Source of the DNA: an uncultured Candidatus Actinomarina sp.
Lineage (GTDB): Bacteria; Actinomycetota; Acidimicrobiia; Actinomarinales; Actinomarinaceae
Assembly (NCBI GenBank): GCA_902604835.1
Contig: CACKZW010000003.1
Location: 408-64,407, forward strand
Direction: 5' to 3'
Length of the DNA stretch: 64,000 nucleotides
How positions within the stretch are numbered: the first letter of the stretch is position 1; the number at the start of each line of letters is the position of its first letter. Shown piece by piece: positions 10,478-20,216 of this stretch. Made by a program: the position numbers and the translations under genes. Under the pieces are notes generated by a model that searched no databases, was not told the DNA's origin, and worked only from the letters and a program-made list of their open reading frames with translations.

Positions 10478-11694
10478 AAATAAATAGAAGAAAAACTTCA
10501 CAATTATCCGTAGGTAAAGTCGGAGTTGGTTCTGACTTTCCAATCTCTGTTCAATCCATGACAACAACAAAAACAAAAGATGTTGAGGGAACTCTTGCAC
10601 AAATTTATGAGATAGCTTCAAATGGAGCAGATATTGTAAGGGTGACATGTAATGATATTGATGCTGCAAAAGGACTTGTTGAAATTACTCAAAGAAGTCC
10701 GGTACCAATAATTGCTGACATTCATTTTCAATATAAACTTGCACTTGCAGCTATAGAAGCAGGAGTGGATGGTTTGAGGTTAAATCCTGGAAACATACGC
10801 AAAGAATCACAAATAAAAGACGTAGCTAAAGCAGCCTTAGATGCAAATATACCGATTCGAATTGGTGTAAATGGTGGCTCCCTTGATAAGGATTTGCTTG
10901 AAAAATATGGAGATTCTACACCGGAGGCGTTAGTAGAGTCAGCACTCAAGGAACTTAGGTACTTAGAAGATGTGGATTTTAATGACATAAAAATTTCTGT
11001 GAAACATTCAAATGTTCCTTTAATGATTGAGTCTTATCGTTTATTAGCTGAAAAAGTAAATTATCCATTACATCTTGGAGTTACCGAAGCAGGCCCTCTT
11101 CCAGGCGGATTAATTAAATCAACAGCAGGTATTGGAACATTATTAAATGAGGGAATCGGTGACACTATTCGTTATTCATTAACCACAGATCCAGTAGAAG
11201 AAGCAAAGAGTGGTCGGCAATTATTAGAATATTTAGGCTTACGCGAAAGAAATTCTTTAGATCTAATTGCGTGTCCGAGTTGTGGTAGGGCAGAAGTTGA
11301 CGTTATCAAAGTAGCTGAAGAAGCTCAAAATGCGCTTAACAATGAAAACATTCCTCTTCAAGTTGCAGTAATGGGATGTGTTGTGAACGGACCAGGAGAG
11401 GCTAGGTCTGCTGATTTAGGTATTGCTGCTGGAAAAAATAAGGGTCATCTTTTTATAAGAGGTGAAGTTGTAAAAGTTGTTAATGAAAAGGAAATGGTTT
11501 CATCTCTTTTGGATGAAGCTAGATTAATTGTTGAACAAGGCATTGAAGCAAGACTTGCTAAAGCTGATGAAAATGCAGCGGAACTTGCACAAAAAGATGT
11601 TGATGATTTGTTAAATTCTCAAGGCGACATAAATAATTTTCTTGAAAGAAAAAAATCAGTAGTGGAGATTACTTCAAATCAAGATAATGAATAG
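10474..11694 (+). CDS. ispG: 4-hydroxy-3-methylbut-2-en-1-yl diphosphate synthase
   Basis: GcpE motifs: [20 protein letters not shown], and [10 protein letters not shown] (Fe-S cysteines). The start overlaps the rseP stop (ATGA). Confidence 0.95.
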   Translation: MKINRRKTSQLSVGKVGVGSDFPISVQSMTTTKTKDVEGTLAQIYEIASNGADIVRVTCNDIDAAKGLVEITQRSPVPIIADIHFQYKLALAAIEAGVDGLRLNPGNIRKESQIKDVAKAALDANIPIRIGVNGGSLDKDLLEKYGDSTPEALVESALKELRYLEDVDFNDIKISVKHSNVPLMIESYRLLAEKVNYPLHLGVTEAGPLPGGLIKSTAGIGTLLNEGIGDTIRYSLTTDPVEEAKSGRQLLEYLGLRERNSLDLIACPSCGRAEVDVIKVAEEAQNALNNENIPLQVAVMGCVVNGPGEARSADLGIAAGKNKGHLFIRGEVVKVVNEKEMVSSLLDEARLIVEQGIEARLAKADENAAELAQKDVDDLLNSQGDINNFLERKKSVVEITSNQDNE

Positions 11695-11715
11695 TTAACG
11701 TAATAGAATACAAAT

Positions 11716-13140
11716 ATGGTAAAAAAATTAACGCCTATGTCAGAGGATTTCAATCAGTGGTATACAGAAATTGTTCAATCCGCTGACCTTGCTGACTATT
11801 CACCTGTTAAAGGAACAATGGTAATAAAGCCATATGGATATGCACTCTGGGAAAACATTCAAGCTTACTTAGATAAGAGATTTAAAGAAACAGGACATCA
11901 AAATGCATATTTTCCAATGTTTATCCCAAAATCCTTTATAGAAAAAGAAGCTGAGCATGTTGAGGGCTTTTCCCCAGAGCTTGCTACGGTGACCCATGCC
12001 GGTGGAAAAGAGTTAGAAGAACCATTGATTGTAAGGCCAACTTCCGAGACCATTATCAATTATATGTTTTCTAAATGGATATCAAGTCATAGAGACTTAC
12101 CTATGTTAATAAATCAATGGTCCAATGTCGTAAGGTGGGAAATGAGAACGAGACTTTTTCTAAGAACCTCTGAGTTTTTGTGGCAGGAAGGTCATACTGC
12201 TCATGCAACAGAGGACGAAGCAAGAGAGGAGTCTCTCAAAATGCTTGATATTTACGAAGAGTTTGCAAGAGATATAGCTGCTGTTTCAGTGGTAAAGGGA
12301 ACAAAATCAGAAATGGAAAAATTTGCTGGAGCAACAACTACATATTCAATCGAAGCAATGATGAACGATTTGAAGGCACTACAAGCTGGGACTTCGCACG
12401 AGCTTGGTCAAAACTTCTCTAAAGCATTTGATATTAAATTTTCTGATGAAAATAATAAATTACAACATCCATTTCAAACAAGTTGGGGTGTAAGTACAAG
12501 ATTAGTTGGTATGATTATCATGGCACATGGTGATGATAAAGGATTAAAACTTCCTCCTGAACTAGCACCGCACCAAGTTGTTATTGTTCCTATCATTCCT
12601 AATGAAGATGAGAGATCACGTGTTTTAAACGCCGTAAACAAGTTAATTGAATCATTAGATAATGTGAGAGTTTTTATTGATGATAGACCTGAAGTATCTC
12701 CTGGATTCAAATTTAATGAATGGGAGCAAAAAGGTGTACCAATCCGCATAGAAGTCGGTCCAAAAGATATTGATAATGGATCGGTATTAATTTATAGAAG
12801 AGATGATGAATCAAAAAATCAATATCCCTTTGAAGGAATCGATAAAGTTGTAGATAAAACCCTGAATGATATTCAAAAGAATCTACTTATTACTTCAGAA
12901 AATACAGTTAAGTCAAATACCTACCATGTTGATTCATATGATGACCTGATTGAGACTTTAAATGATAAAAAAGGATTTGTTTCATGTTTCTGGGACGAAA
13001 ACAAAGAAGATGAAATAAAAGTTAAAGAAAAGACAAGTGCGACATTGCGGTGTTATCCAATTAATAATAAAGAAATTGAAAAATCAGTTAACTCTAAAGA
13101 AAATGATGGTAATTTTGCAATATTTTCTAAAGCATATTAA
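11716..13140 (+). CDS. proS: prolyl-tRNA synthetase, archaeal/eukaryote-like type (no INS editing domain)
   Basis: 474 aa. Motifs: FNQWYTEIV, RPTSET, NQWSNVVRWE, EFLWQEGHTAH, GTSHELGQNFSKAF. The C-terminus ends in Tyr (..FSKAY). Confidence 0.93.
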   Translation: MVKKLTPMSEDFNQWYTEIVQSADLADYSPVKGTMVIKPYGYALWENIQAYLDKRFKETGHQNAYFPMFIPKSFIEKEAEHVEGFSPELATVTHAGGKELEEPLIVRPTSETIINYMFSKWISSHRDLPMLINQWSNVVRWEMRTRLFLRTSEFLWQEGHTAHATEDEAREESLKMLDIYEEFARDIAAVSVVKGTKSEMEKFAGATTTYSIEAMMNDLKALQAGTSHELGQNFSKAFDIKFSDENNKLQHPFQTSWGVSTRLVGMIIMAHGDDKGLKLPPELAPHQVVIVPIIPNEDERSRVLNAVNKLIESLDNVRVFIDDRPEVSPGFKFNEWEQKGVPIRIEVGPKDIDNGSVLIYRRDDESKNQYPFEGIDKVVDKTLNDIQKNLLITSENTVKSNTYHVDSYDDLIETLNDKKGFVSCFWDENKEDEIKVKEKTSATLRCYPINNKEIEKSVNSKENDGNFAIFSKAY

Positions 13141-13201
13141 ATATTCTTTATCTAAAATTATTTATCGGTTAATATAAACTTATACAACTTAACTACAAAA
13201 T

Positions 13202-13226
13202 AGTGGGTTCTAAGCCCACTTTTTTT
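13202..13226 (+). terminator. rho-independent terminator after proS (AGTGGG-TTCTAAG-CCCACT followed by a T7 run)
   Basis: Stem-loop plus a T-run, read directly from the sequence. The track's GTG start at 13203 lies inside it. Confidence 0.7.
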
Positions 13227-13244
13227 ATGAATGGAGGTGATCAG

Positions 13245-13718
13245 ATGATGATCAAAGACAACATTATCACTGCCATTTCATCTTTTTTATCATCAGAAGA
13301 TTTAGAACTTTATGATTTAAATATTGCAGGTAATGAAGCCATTTCTAAAATCGAGATATTTATATTTTCTGATGAAGAATTGAGTTTAAGTATTTTTGAA
13401 AGATTAAATTATCAGATTCAGAGATTAATAGAAGAATTAGGAGTTGAAAAAGGATCATACGAATTAGTTCTTTCCAGCCCTGGAATAGAGCGTTCATTAA
13501 AAACAAATAGACATTTTGAACTTGCTTTAAATCAGGAAATAAAAATTAAACTTTCAACTCCTCATGATGGTGTATATACATTTATTGGTATATTGACCCA
13601 AGTAAATACCAAGGACATAAAAATATTAATTGATAATAAATCTATTGATTTTGAATTAGAAAATATTAAAAAAGCAAATATTAGTTTTGATAAATTTAAA
13701 GAAAAAGTAAACAGTTGA
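13245..13718 (+). CDS. rimP: ribosome maturation factor RimP
   Basis: LVLSSPGIERSLK motif and position upstream of nusA. The ATG at 13245 is preceded by GGAGGTGA. Confidence 0.8.
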   Translation: MMIKDNIITAISSFLSSEDLELYDLNIAGNEAISKIEIFIFSDEELSLSIFERLNYQIQRLIEELGVEKGSYELVLSSPGIERSLKTNRHFELALNQEIKIKLSTPHDGVYTFIGILTQVNTKDIKILIDNKSIDFELENIKKANISFDKFKEKVNS

Positions 13719-13725
13719 GGTAATT

Positions 13726-14745
13726 ATGCAATTAGGAAGTGATATTAAACAAGCAATAGAATCTTTAGCTCTTGATAAAGGTGTTGCAGTAGAGAGTATG
13801 TATGAAGCTTTGGTTTCTGCATTTAGATCGGCATATATGAGAATCCCTGGTGCTGCAGAAGAAGCAAGAGTAACTTTAGATCCTGAGAGTGGACAAATTA
13901 CAGTTTATGCTCAGGAGCTAGATGTTGATGGAAATGTGATTAAGGAGTGGGAGCCTGATATAAGTGATTCTGATTTTGGTAGGATTGCTGCACAATCATT
14001 TAAGCAAATGATGTCTACAAAAGTTCGTGACGCAAAAAGAGCAACTGTTCTTGATGCTTATATTGGAAGAGAAGGGGAGTTAGTAACTGGAATCGTTACT
14101 CAATTTGATGCAAGATTCAATCAGACCATTATAGATCTACAAGATGCTGAAGCAGTTATTCCATCAAGTGAAAGAATCCCATTTGAAAGACTCGAAAGAG
14201 GAAACAGAATAAAAGCTTTAATTACTGAAGTACGGGAAGATGCAAAAGGAATACCAATTGTTGTAAGTAGAAACCGTGGCGAATTTGTTCAAAGAATGTT
14301 GGAACTAGAAGTACCCGAACTCACCGATGGAACAGTTGAACTACGTGCTATTGCAAGAGAAGCAGGAAGTAGAACAAAAATAGCTGTTTTTTCAAACGAT
14401 CCAAATGTTGATCCAAAAGGTGCGTGTGTTGGTTCAAGAGGATCCCGGGTCAGACAGATAGTAAATGAGTTAAAAGGTGAAAAATTAGATGTAGTTGAAT
14501 GGAGAGAAGACAAAGTAAGATTTATAATCGAAGCGTTGGGACCAGCTGATATTGATGAAGTCATTATTGATGAACATACACAATCAGCAAAAGTAATTGT
14601 TAAAGATTCACAACTATCATTGGCTATTGGAAAAGAAGGTCAAAATGCTCGTCTTGCTGCAAAGCTTACTGGATACAAAATTGATATTGAAGGTCTGGGA
14701 GATTCGCCTCCAGAGGAGGAAGAACCAAAGCAAGAAGAAGAGTAA
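13726..14745 (+). CDS. nusA: transcription termination/antitermination factor NusA
   Basis: Contains S1 and two KH regions (GACVGSRGSRVRQIVNELKGEKLDVV; LAIGKEGQNARLAAKLTGYKIDI). Confidence 0.95.
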   Translation: MQLGSDIKQAIESLALDKGVAVESMYEALVSAFRSAYMRIPGAAEEARVTLDPESGQITVYAQELDVDGNVIKEWEPDISDSDFGRIAAQSFKQMMSTKVRDAKRATVLDAYIGREGELVTGIVTQFDARFNQTIIDLQDAEAVIPSSERIPFERLERGNRIKALITEVREDAKGIPIVVSRNRGEFVQRMLELEVPELTDGTVELRAIAREAGSRTKIAVFSNDPNVDPKGACVGSRGSRVRQIVNELKGEKLDVVEWREDKVRFIIEALGPADIDEVIIDEHTQSAKVIVKDSQLSLAIGKEGQNARLAAKLTGYKIDIEGLGDSPPEEEEPKQEEE

Positions 14746-14752
14746 TTATTAA

Positions 14753-16798
14753 ATGGCAAAAAAACGAATTCACCAAATAGCTAAAGAACTTGACATTGCA
14801 TCTGCAGATGTTTTACATAAAGCTAAAGAACTAGGTTTTGAAGTTAAAACAGCTTCTTCAGGCCTTACTCCAGAAGATGAAGAATTATTAGTTTTAGCAA
14901 TTAATGAAGAATCGACCACTTCTGAAGAGCCTCAAGAGGAAAATAAAGATCCTCAAGAGGAAAATATTAACGATTCCCAAGAAGAAAATATAGATCCACC
15001 GATTAAAGAAGATGATCCTGTTCTTGAAGAAAAAGATGTAGAAGTCAATATTATTGAAGTTACAGAAGGATCAACACCTGAAGACATATCTTTGATTTTT
15101 GACACTGATGCTACAACAGTAGTTGGAGACCTTATGTCCTTAGGTATTATGCAGTCAATTACTTCAAATCTTCAAAATGAAGAAATTGAAAAATTATTTG
15201 AAAAATATAATGCAATCCCAGAATTTATTGAAAAAATTGAAATTAAACGATCAGATATAATTCAATCTGAAGATTTTGATGATGATGAAAGTTCCTTAAA
15301 ATCAAGGCCTGCAATTATCACTGTTATGGGCCATGTAGATCATGGAAAAACAAGTCTTTTAGATTATATAAGAAAAGAAAAAGTGGCCTCTGGTGAAGCT
15401 GGTGGAATTACTCAACATGTTGGAGCATATAATGTTACAAATGATTCTGGAAGCGTTACTTTCATAGATACACCTGGTCATGAGGCATTTACACAAATGA
15501 GAGCAAGAGGAGCTGACGTTACAGATATTGTCGTCCTAGTTGTAGCAGCAGACGATGGCATTATGCCGCAAACTGTTGAAGCTATAAATCATACAAAAGC
15601 AGCTGATGTGCCAATGATTGTTGCTATAAACAAATGTGATTTACCAGATGCAAATCCCGCACTTGTAAAAGCTGATCTAACAAAATATGAAGTAGTTTCA
15701 GAAGACCTTGGAGGAGATGTTCCAGTGGTTCAAATATCAGCCATTACTGGAGATGGTATTGATGATCTACTAGAGACACTTAATTTAGTTGCAGAGATAG
15801 AAGAATTAAAAAGTAATTATGATTCTGAACCTTCTGGATTCATTATTGAATCGAGGATGGAAGTAGGCAAAGGAAATGTTGCAACAATAATTGTAAAAAG
15901 AGGCACATTAAAATCAGGTGATTTTATATATGCTGGATCAGCATTTTGCAGAGTGAAATCTATTTTTGATCACAATGGAAAGACGTTAAAATCAGTAACT
16001 CCTGGATCACCAGCTGACATTATAGGCTGGGACGATTCACCAATCGCAGGAGATCAATTTGTAGCAACCAAAAATCAAAAACTTGCAAAAAGTAAGGCTG
16101 AAGAAAATAAAAATAAATTAAAAGAATTTGATGATACAAGTTACACCGTTGAATCAAGGGTTTCTGAAATGATGCAACTTCTTCAAGAAGGTGAATTAAA
16201 CACAATAAATATAATTGTAAAAGCAGATACAAACGGTTCGGTAGAAGCCATAAAGGACAGCTTACTAAAGCTTTCAGATGGTGATGTTAATATCCAAATT
16301 GTTCATGCTGCTGTTGGAGGAATTGTATTATCAGATGTTGATCTTGCTGGGGCAACAGAATCATTAATTGTTGGATTTAATGTAAGACCTGATAGTCAGG
16401 CAAGAAATATGGGACAAAGTAAGGGAATAGATATAAGAACATACAATATTATTTACGAACTTATTGATGATATTAGCGAGGCAGTTCGTGGACAGCTTAC
16501 CGTCAAAACAGAAGAAACTGTTATTGGCATGGTGAACGTTCAAACAACTTTTAGAGCACCTAAAGTCGGTGTTGTAGCTGGATCTGTTGTAGCCGAAGGA
16601 AAAGTTGACTTAGATGCTAAAGCCCGACTCCTTAGAGACGGGGTAGTAATTTACGAAGGAAGTATTGTCTCATTAAGAAGGTTTAAAGACAATGTTGAGA
16701 CTGTTAATGAGGGACTTGAATGTGGAATTGGGTTATCTGATTATAAAGATATAAAACAAGGTGATGTAATTGAAGTCTTAGGAGAAGTTGAAGTATAA
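14753..16798 (+). CDS. infB: translation initiation factor IF-2
   Basis: GTPase motifs GHVDHGKTSLLD, DTPGHEAF, and NKCD. It has an acidic low-complexity N-terminal linker. Confidence 0.95.
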   Translation: MAKKRIHQIAKELDIASADVLHKAKELGFEVKTASSGLTPEDEELLVLAINEESTTSEEPQEENKDPQEENINDSQEENIDPPIKEDDPVLEEKDVEVNIIEVTEGSTPEDISLIFDTDATTVVGDLMSLGIMQSITSNLQNEEIEKLFEKYNAIPEFIEKIEIKRSDIIQSEDFDDDESSLKSRPAIITVMGHVDHGKTSLLDYIRKEKVASGEAGGITQHVGAYNVTNDSGSVTFIDTPGHEAFTQMRARGADVTDIVVLVVAADDGIMPQTVEAINHTKAADVPMIVAINKCDLPDANPALVKADLTKYEVVSEDLGGDVPVVQISAITGDGIDDLLETLNLVAEIEELKSNYDSEPSGFIIESRMEVGKGNVATIIVKRGTLKSGDFIYAGSAFCRVKSIFDHNGKTLKSVTPGSPADIIGWDDSPIAGDQFVATKNQKLAKSKAEENKNKLKEFDDTSYTVESRVSEMMQLLQEGELNTINIIVKADTNGSVEAIKDSLLKLSDGDVNIQIVHAAVGGIVLSDVDLAGATESLIVGFNVRPDSQARNMGQSKGIDIRTYNIIYELIDDISEAVRGQLTVKTEETVIGMVNVQTTFRAPKVGVVAGSVVAEGKVDLDAKARLLRDGVVIYEGSIVSLRRFKDNVETVNEGLECGIGLSDYKDIKQGDVIEVLGEVEV

Positions 16799-16802
16799 AA
16801 AT

Positions 16803-17150
16803 ATGGAAAAGGGCTTAAGAGGAGGAAGAGTAAATCGGATCAATCCGATGATACAGCAAATAATTTCTGATTGCTTTTTGAACAGCTCAGACCCTACATT
16901 AAACAAGGCAACAGTCACCTTAGTTTCCACGTCACCCGATCTAAAAAAAACTACTGTACTTGTGTCTTCGATAGAAAATAATAAATCTTCCTTGAATCAG
17001 TCATTATCTAGAAATAAACAAAAAATACAAAGGGTTCTTGCAAAGGAAATGAAAACCAAATATGTTCCAACAATAATTTTTGAGTTAGATCATTCTTTTG
17101 AAGATATCGATAAAATTAACAAAATTATTGGATCATTAAATGACAAATAA
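16803..17150 (+). CDS. rbfA: ribosome-binding factor A
   Basis: RbfA-like size and motif (TKYVPTIIFELD), immediately after infB. ATG 16803 is preferred over the track's TTG 16788. Confidence 0.8.
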   Translation: MEKGLRGGRVNRINPMIQQIISDCFLNSSDPTLNKATVTLVSTSPDLKKTTVLVSSIENNKSSLNQSLSRNKQKIQRVLAKEMKTKYVPTIIFELDHSFEDIDKINKIIGSLNDK

Positions 17151-18084
17151 TATTTCAGATTACTTTAATAGTGATTCTGTTTTTATCACTGGGCATGTAA
17201 ATCCAGATGGAGATGCATTAGGTGCAGCACTTGCATTGAAATTGTATTTAGATAGTAAAGATCTTTCAGCCGATATAAATTTTGACATAACTACAAAATT
17301 ACCATCTAACTTAAATCATTTACCATATGATCTGATCTCCAATAGTAATAAAGATAAATATGAAACAGCTTTTGTTTTTGACTGTGGCAATTCATCTAGG
17401 CTAGGTAAATTTGAAAATCTTGTTTTAGAAGCAAAAAACATTATTGTAATTGATCACCATGTAGATCCTTCATTTGGAGATGTACAGATCATTGACTCAG
17501 ATGCCGCGAGTACTACTCAAGTTTTATTCAGACAATTTAAAGAAGAAAATATTCAAATTAGTAAGGATATGGCAAATTGTTTATTGACTGGTTTAATCAC
17601 AGATACTGGAAGATTTCAATATTCAAATACTACATCTGAGGTTTTTAATATTGCTTCTGAATTACTTGATGCAGGTGCAAATCTATCACAAATAAGTGAA
17701 AATATTTATGGATCTATAGAATTTAATGCCTTAACGCTTCAAAGTAAAATCATTGAAAGAATAGTTCTTAAAGAAGAAATTAACTTCGCACATTCGATTG
17801 TATACCAGAATGATTACTCCGATTACCAGGTTGAACCAGAAGAAACAGATTTTTTAATCGATGTTGTCAGACTTGTAAAAGAGTCAAATGTAGCTTTGCT
17901 ATTAAAAGAACAAAAAGATGGGACATTTAAAGGAAGTTTAAGATCAAGAGGAGATATTAATGTTCAACAAATTGCTTCAATTTTTGATGGTGGTGGACAT
18001 GTAGCTGCTAGCGGATTTTCAAGTAATGATTCTCCTGAGAATATTATTGAAAAAATCGAGCATGAAATTAGAAAATTTATCTAA
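17140..18084 (+). CDS. nrnA: DHH/DHHA1 phosphoesterase (NrnA-like oligoribonuclease/pAp phosphatase)
   Basis: Motifs: GHVNPDGDALGA, IDHH, DTGRFQYSNT, and GGGHVAASGF (DHHA1). Confidence 0.75.
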   Translation: MTNNISDYFNSDSVFITGHVNPDGDALGAALALKLYLDSKDLSADINFDITTKLPSNLNHLPYDLISNSNKDKYETAFVFDCGNSSRLGKFENLVLEAKNIIVIDHHVDPSFGDVQIIDSDAASTTQVLFRQFKEENIQISKDMANCLLTGLITDTGRFQYSNTTSEVFNIASELLDAGANLSQISENIYGSIEFNALTLQSKIIERIVLKEEINFAHSIVYQNDYSDYQVEPEETDFLIDVVRLVKESNVALLLKEQKDGTFKGSLRSRGDINVQQIASIFDGGGHVAASGFSSNDSPENIIEKIEHEIRKFI

Positions 18085-18943
18085 CTTTTATTTAGTAAAT
18101 AAACCTCGTAATTGGACATCCCAAGATCTTTGTACCGTTTTTAAAAAAAAATATTCATTTTCTAAAGTTGGTCATTCAGGTACGTTAGATCCAAATGCAA
18201 GTGGTTTGATGCTTCTTGCCACGAATAAATATACAAAACTCTTCGATTATTTGAAAGATACAAATAAAACATATGAGTTTGAAGCATTATTCGGTGTTGA
18301 ATCAGATAGTTTTGATACTGATACAGACGTTAGGGAAGTGGAGTCCATAAACTTAAAATTATTACAACAGGAGCTTGATGACGGTATTGCTAGTCTTACG
18401 GGAAAGATAAAACAAACACCTCCAATTTATTCCGCTATCAAAGTTGATGGAAAAAGGTTATACAAATACGCTAGGCAAAATAAAAATGTTGAAATTCCTG
18501 AAAGGGAAGTGGAAGTCAGCAATTTTAATCTTTTAAATTTTGAAAATAATAAAGCTACATTCTCGGCAACAGTAAGTAAAGGAACATTCATCCGATCATT
18601 GGTAGTTGACCTTGCAAGTTACTTAGGAACAAAAGCTGTTGTATCCTCAATTGTCAGAACATCTATAGGTAATTTAAATAGTAAAAATTCACCAATTATT
18701 GATGAAATTGATACGAAAACAGAAAATGACATACCTGCTCCATTAGTATGGACTGAATTATTCAATCTACCTGTAATTTCAGTCGGTGATGATTTAATTG
18801 AAGAAATTAGTAATGGTAACTTTCTATCTAATGAATATTTTGGGGAAAATAAACTTTCAATTATTGAAAATAAAAATACTATTCTTGCAATTTACGAACC
18901 TTACAATGAGAATAAATTTAAACCACAAAAAGTATTGATATGA
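18062..18943 (+). CDS. truB: tRNA pseudouridine(55) synthase
   Basis: YLVNKPRNWTSQD, catalytic GHSGTLDPNASGLMLL, and PPIYSAIKVDGKRLYKYAR motifs. ATG 18062 is preferred over track start 18026. Confidence 0.85.
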   Translation: MKLENLSNFYLVNKPRNWTSQDLCTVFKKKYSFSKVGHSGTLDPNASGLMLLATNKYTKLFDYLKDTNKTYEFEALFGVESDSFDTDTDVREVESINLKLLQQELDDGIASLTGKIKQTPPIYSAIKVDGKRLYKYARQNKNVEIPEREVEVSNFNLLNFENNKATFSATVSKGTFIRSLVVDLASYLGTKAVVSSIVRTSIGNLNSKNSPIIDEIDTKTENDIPAPLVWTELFNLPVISVGDDLIEEISNGNFLSNEYFGENKLSIIENKNTILAIYEPYNENKFKPQKVLI

Positions 18944-19836
18944 AAATTTATAATAATTCAACACCTGATACAAATATAGAAAATAGTTCTGGAGTTGTAT
19001 GTATTGGCGGATTTGATGGGATTCATTTGGCACATCAACAATTATTTAGGAAAACAATAAGTATTTCGACAGAATTTGACATAATAACATTTGAAGTAAT
19101 TCCAAAAATTTACTTTAATGATGATTTAAAACCTCTGATATCAAATAAAGGTCGGGAAATAATTTTTTCTACTTTTAATCCAAATAATCTAATTTATTTA
19201 AATTTTGAAAACTTTAATAAAATTTCCCAAGAACAATTTTGCAACTACTTGCAGAATAACTTAAATGTTAAAAAGATTGTCGTTGGCAAAGATTTTAAGT
19301 TTGGCAACAACAGGTCAGGTGATATAACTTCACTAATTAATTTTTTTGGTGTTGAGAATGTTTACTTACTTGATGATTTTCTTATAGATAATGAGAAAGT
19401 CTCTTCTACAAAAATACGTTATTATCTTTCAAATGGTGAAATTGAAAAAGCTAATGTTTATCTTGGAAGAGAATTTTCACTTATTGGTACTGTAATTGAA
19501 GGCAAGAAGCTTGGAAGAAGTCTAGGTTTTCCAACAGCTAATTTGTTACTAGACCAAGATACATTTATTCCTAATTTCGGTGTTTACGCAGGAAAAATAA
19601 ATATAGATAATGAGATTTTTAATGCAATAGTAAACATTGGAATAAACCCTACTGTTGACGATCAATCAACCGTAAAAATTGAAGCTCATATTTTTGACTT
19701 TTCATCTGATATATACGATAAAAAGGTAGAACTTTCATTAAACAAATTTATTCGTAATGAAATAAAATTTAATAATATTGATGAATTGAAGATTCAAATA
19801 GCTGAAGATATTAAAACAGCAAAGAAATACTTTTAA
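18940..19836 (+). CDS. ribF: bifunctional riboflavin kinase / FMN adenylyltransferase
   Basis: GGFDGIHLAHQ, GRSLGFPTANL, and EAHIFDFSSDIYDKKV motifs. The start overlaps the truB stop. Confidence 0.9.
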   Translation: MKIYNNSTPDTNIENSSGVVCIGGFDGIHLAHQQLFRKTISISTEFDIITFEVIPKIYFNDDLKPLISNKGREIIFSTFNPNNLIYLNFENFNKISQEQFCNYLQNNLNVKKIVVGKDFKFGNNRSGDITSLINFFGVENVYLLDDFLIDNEKVSSTKIRYYLSNGEIEKANVYLGREFSLIGTVIEGKKLGRSLGFPTANLLLDQDTFIPNFGVYAGKINIDNEIFNAIVNIGINPTVDDQSTVKIEAHIFDFSSDIYDKKVELSLNKFIRNEIKFNNIDELKIQIAEDIKTAKKYF

Positions 19837-19875
19837 TTTACACTTTAGATTTATTAACTACTATCATTATCTCGA

Positions 19876-20133
19876 ATGAAGACCAAAGAAGAATTAATTA
19901 AAGAATACGGTAAATCAGATAATGATACCGGGTCAACAGAGGTTCAAGTAGCCTTACTTACAAAAAGAATTGACGATCTAACTGGTCATTTAAAAGAACA
20001 TAAGAAAGACCATCACACACGAAGAGGACTTTTGATGCTTGTAGGTAAAAGAAAAAGGCTTCTTCAGTATCTTGAAAATCAAGATGTTGAGAGATATAGA
20101 TCTTTAATTGATAAACTTGGGTTAAGAAAGTAA
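19876..20133 (+). CDS. rpsO: 30S ribosomal protein S15
   Basis: [32 protein letters not shown], and KRKRLLQYL motifs. Confidence 0.95.
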   Translation: MKTKEELIKEYGKSDNDTGSTEVQVALLTKRIDDLTGHLKEHKKDHHTRRGLLMLVGKRKRLLQYLENQDVERYRSLIDKLGLRK

Positions 20134-20151
20134 ATAAATATAAGATAGAGC

Positions 20152-20194
20152 GTTGTTAATTGAGAGCTTTTAAGGAAAGCTGGCAATTAATAAC
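20152..20194 (+). promoter_or_regulatory. long imperfect hairpin in the rpsO-pnp intergenic leader (19-nt arms, 2x2 internal mismatch, loop TAAGG)
   Basis: GTTGTTAATTGAGAGCTTT / AAAGCTGGCAATTAATAAC arms paired by eye. The position matches the RNase III-processed pnp leader stem known from E. coli. Confidence 0.5.
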
Positions 20195-20216
20195 CTCATC
20201 TTGGAAAAGAGGATAA

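Noticed and set aside
14930-14995. Three imperfect tandem units encoding PQEENKD / PQEENIND / SQEENID in infB.
   Set aside because: The N-terminal region of IF-2 is a known variable, low-complexity acidic linker in many bacteria. The repeat is imperfect and in frame, so it is not a separate element.
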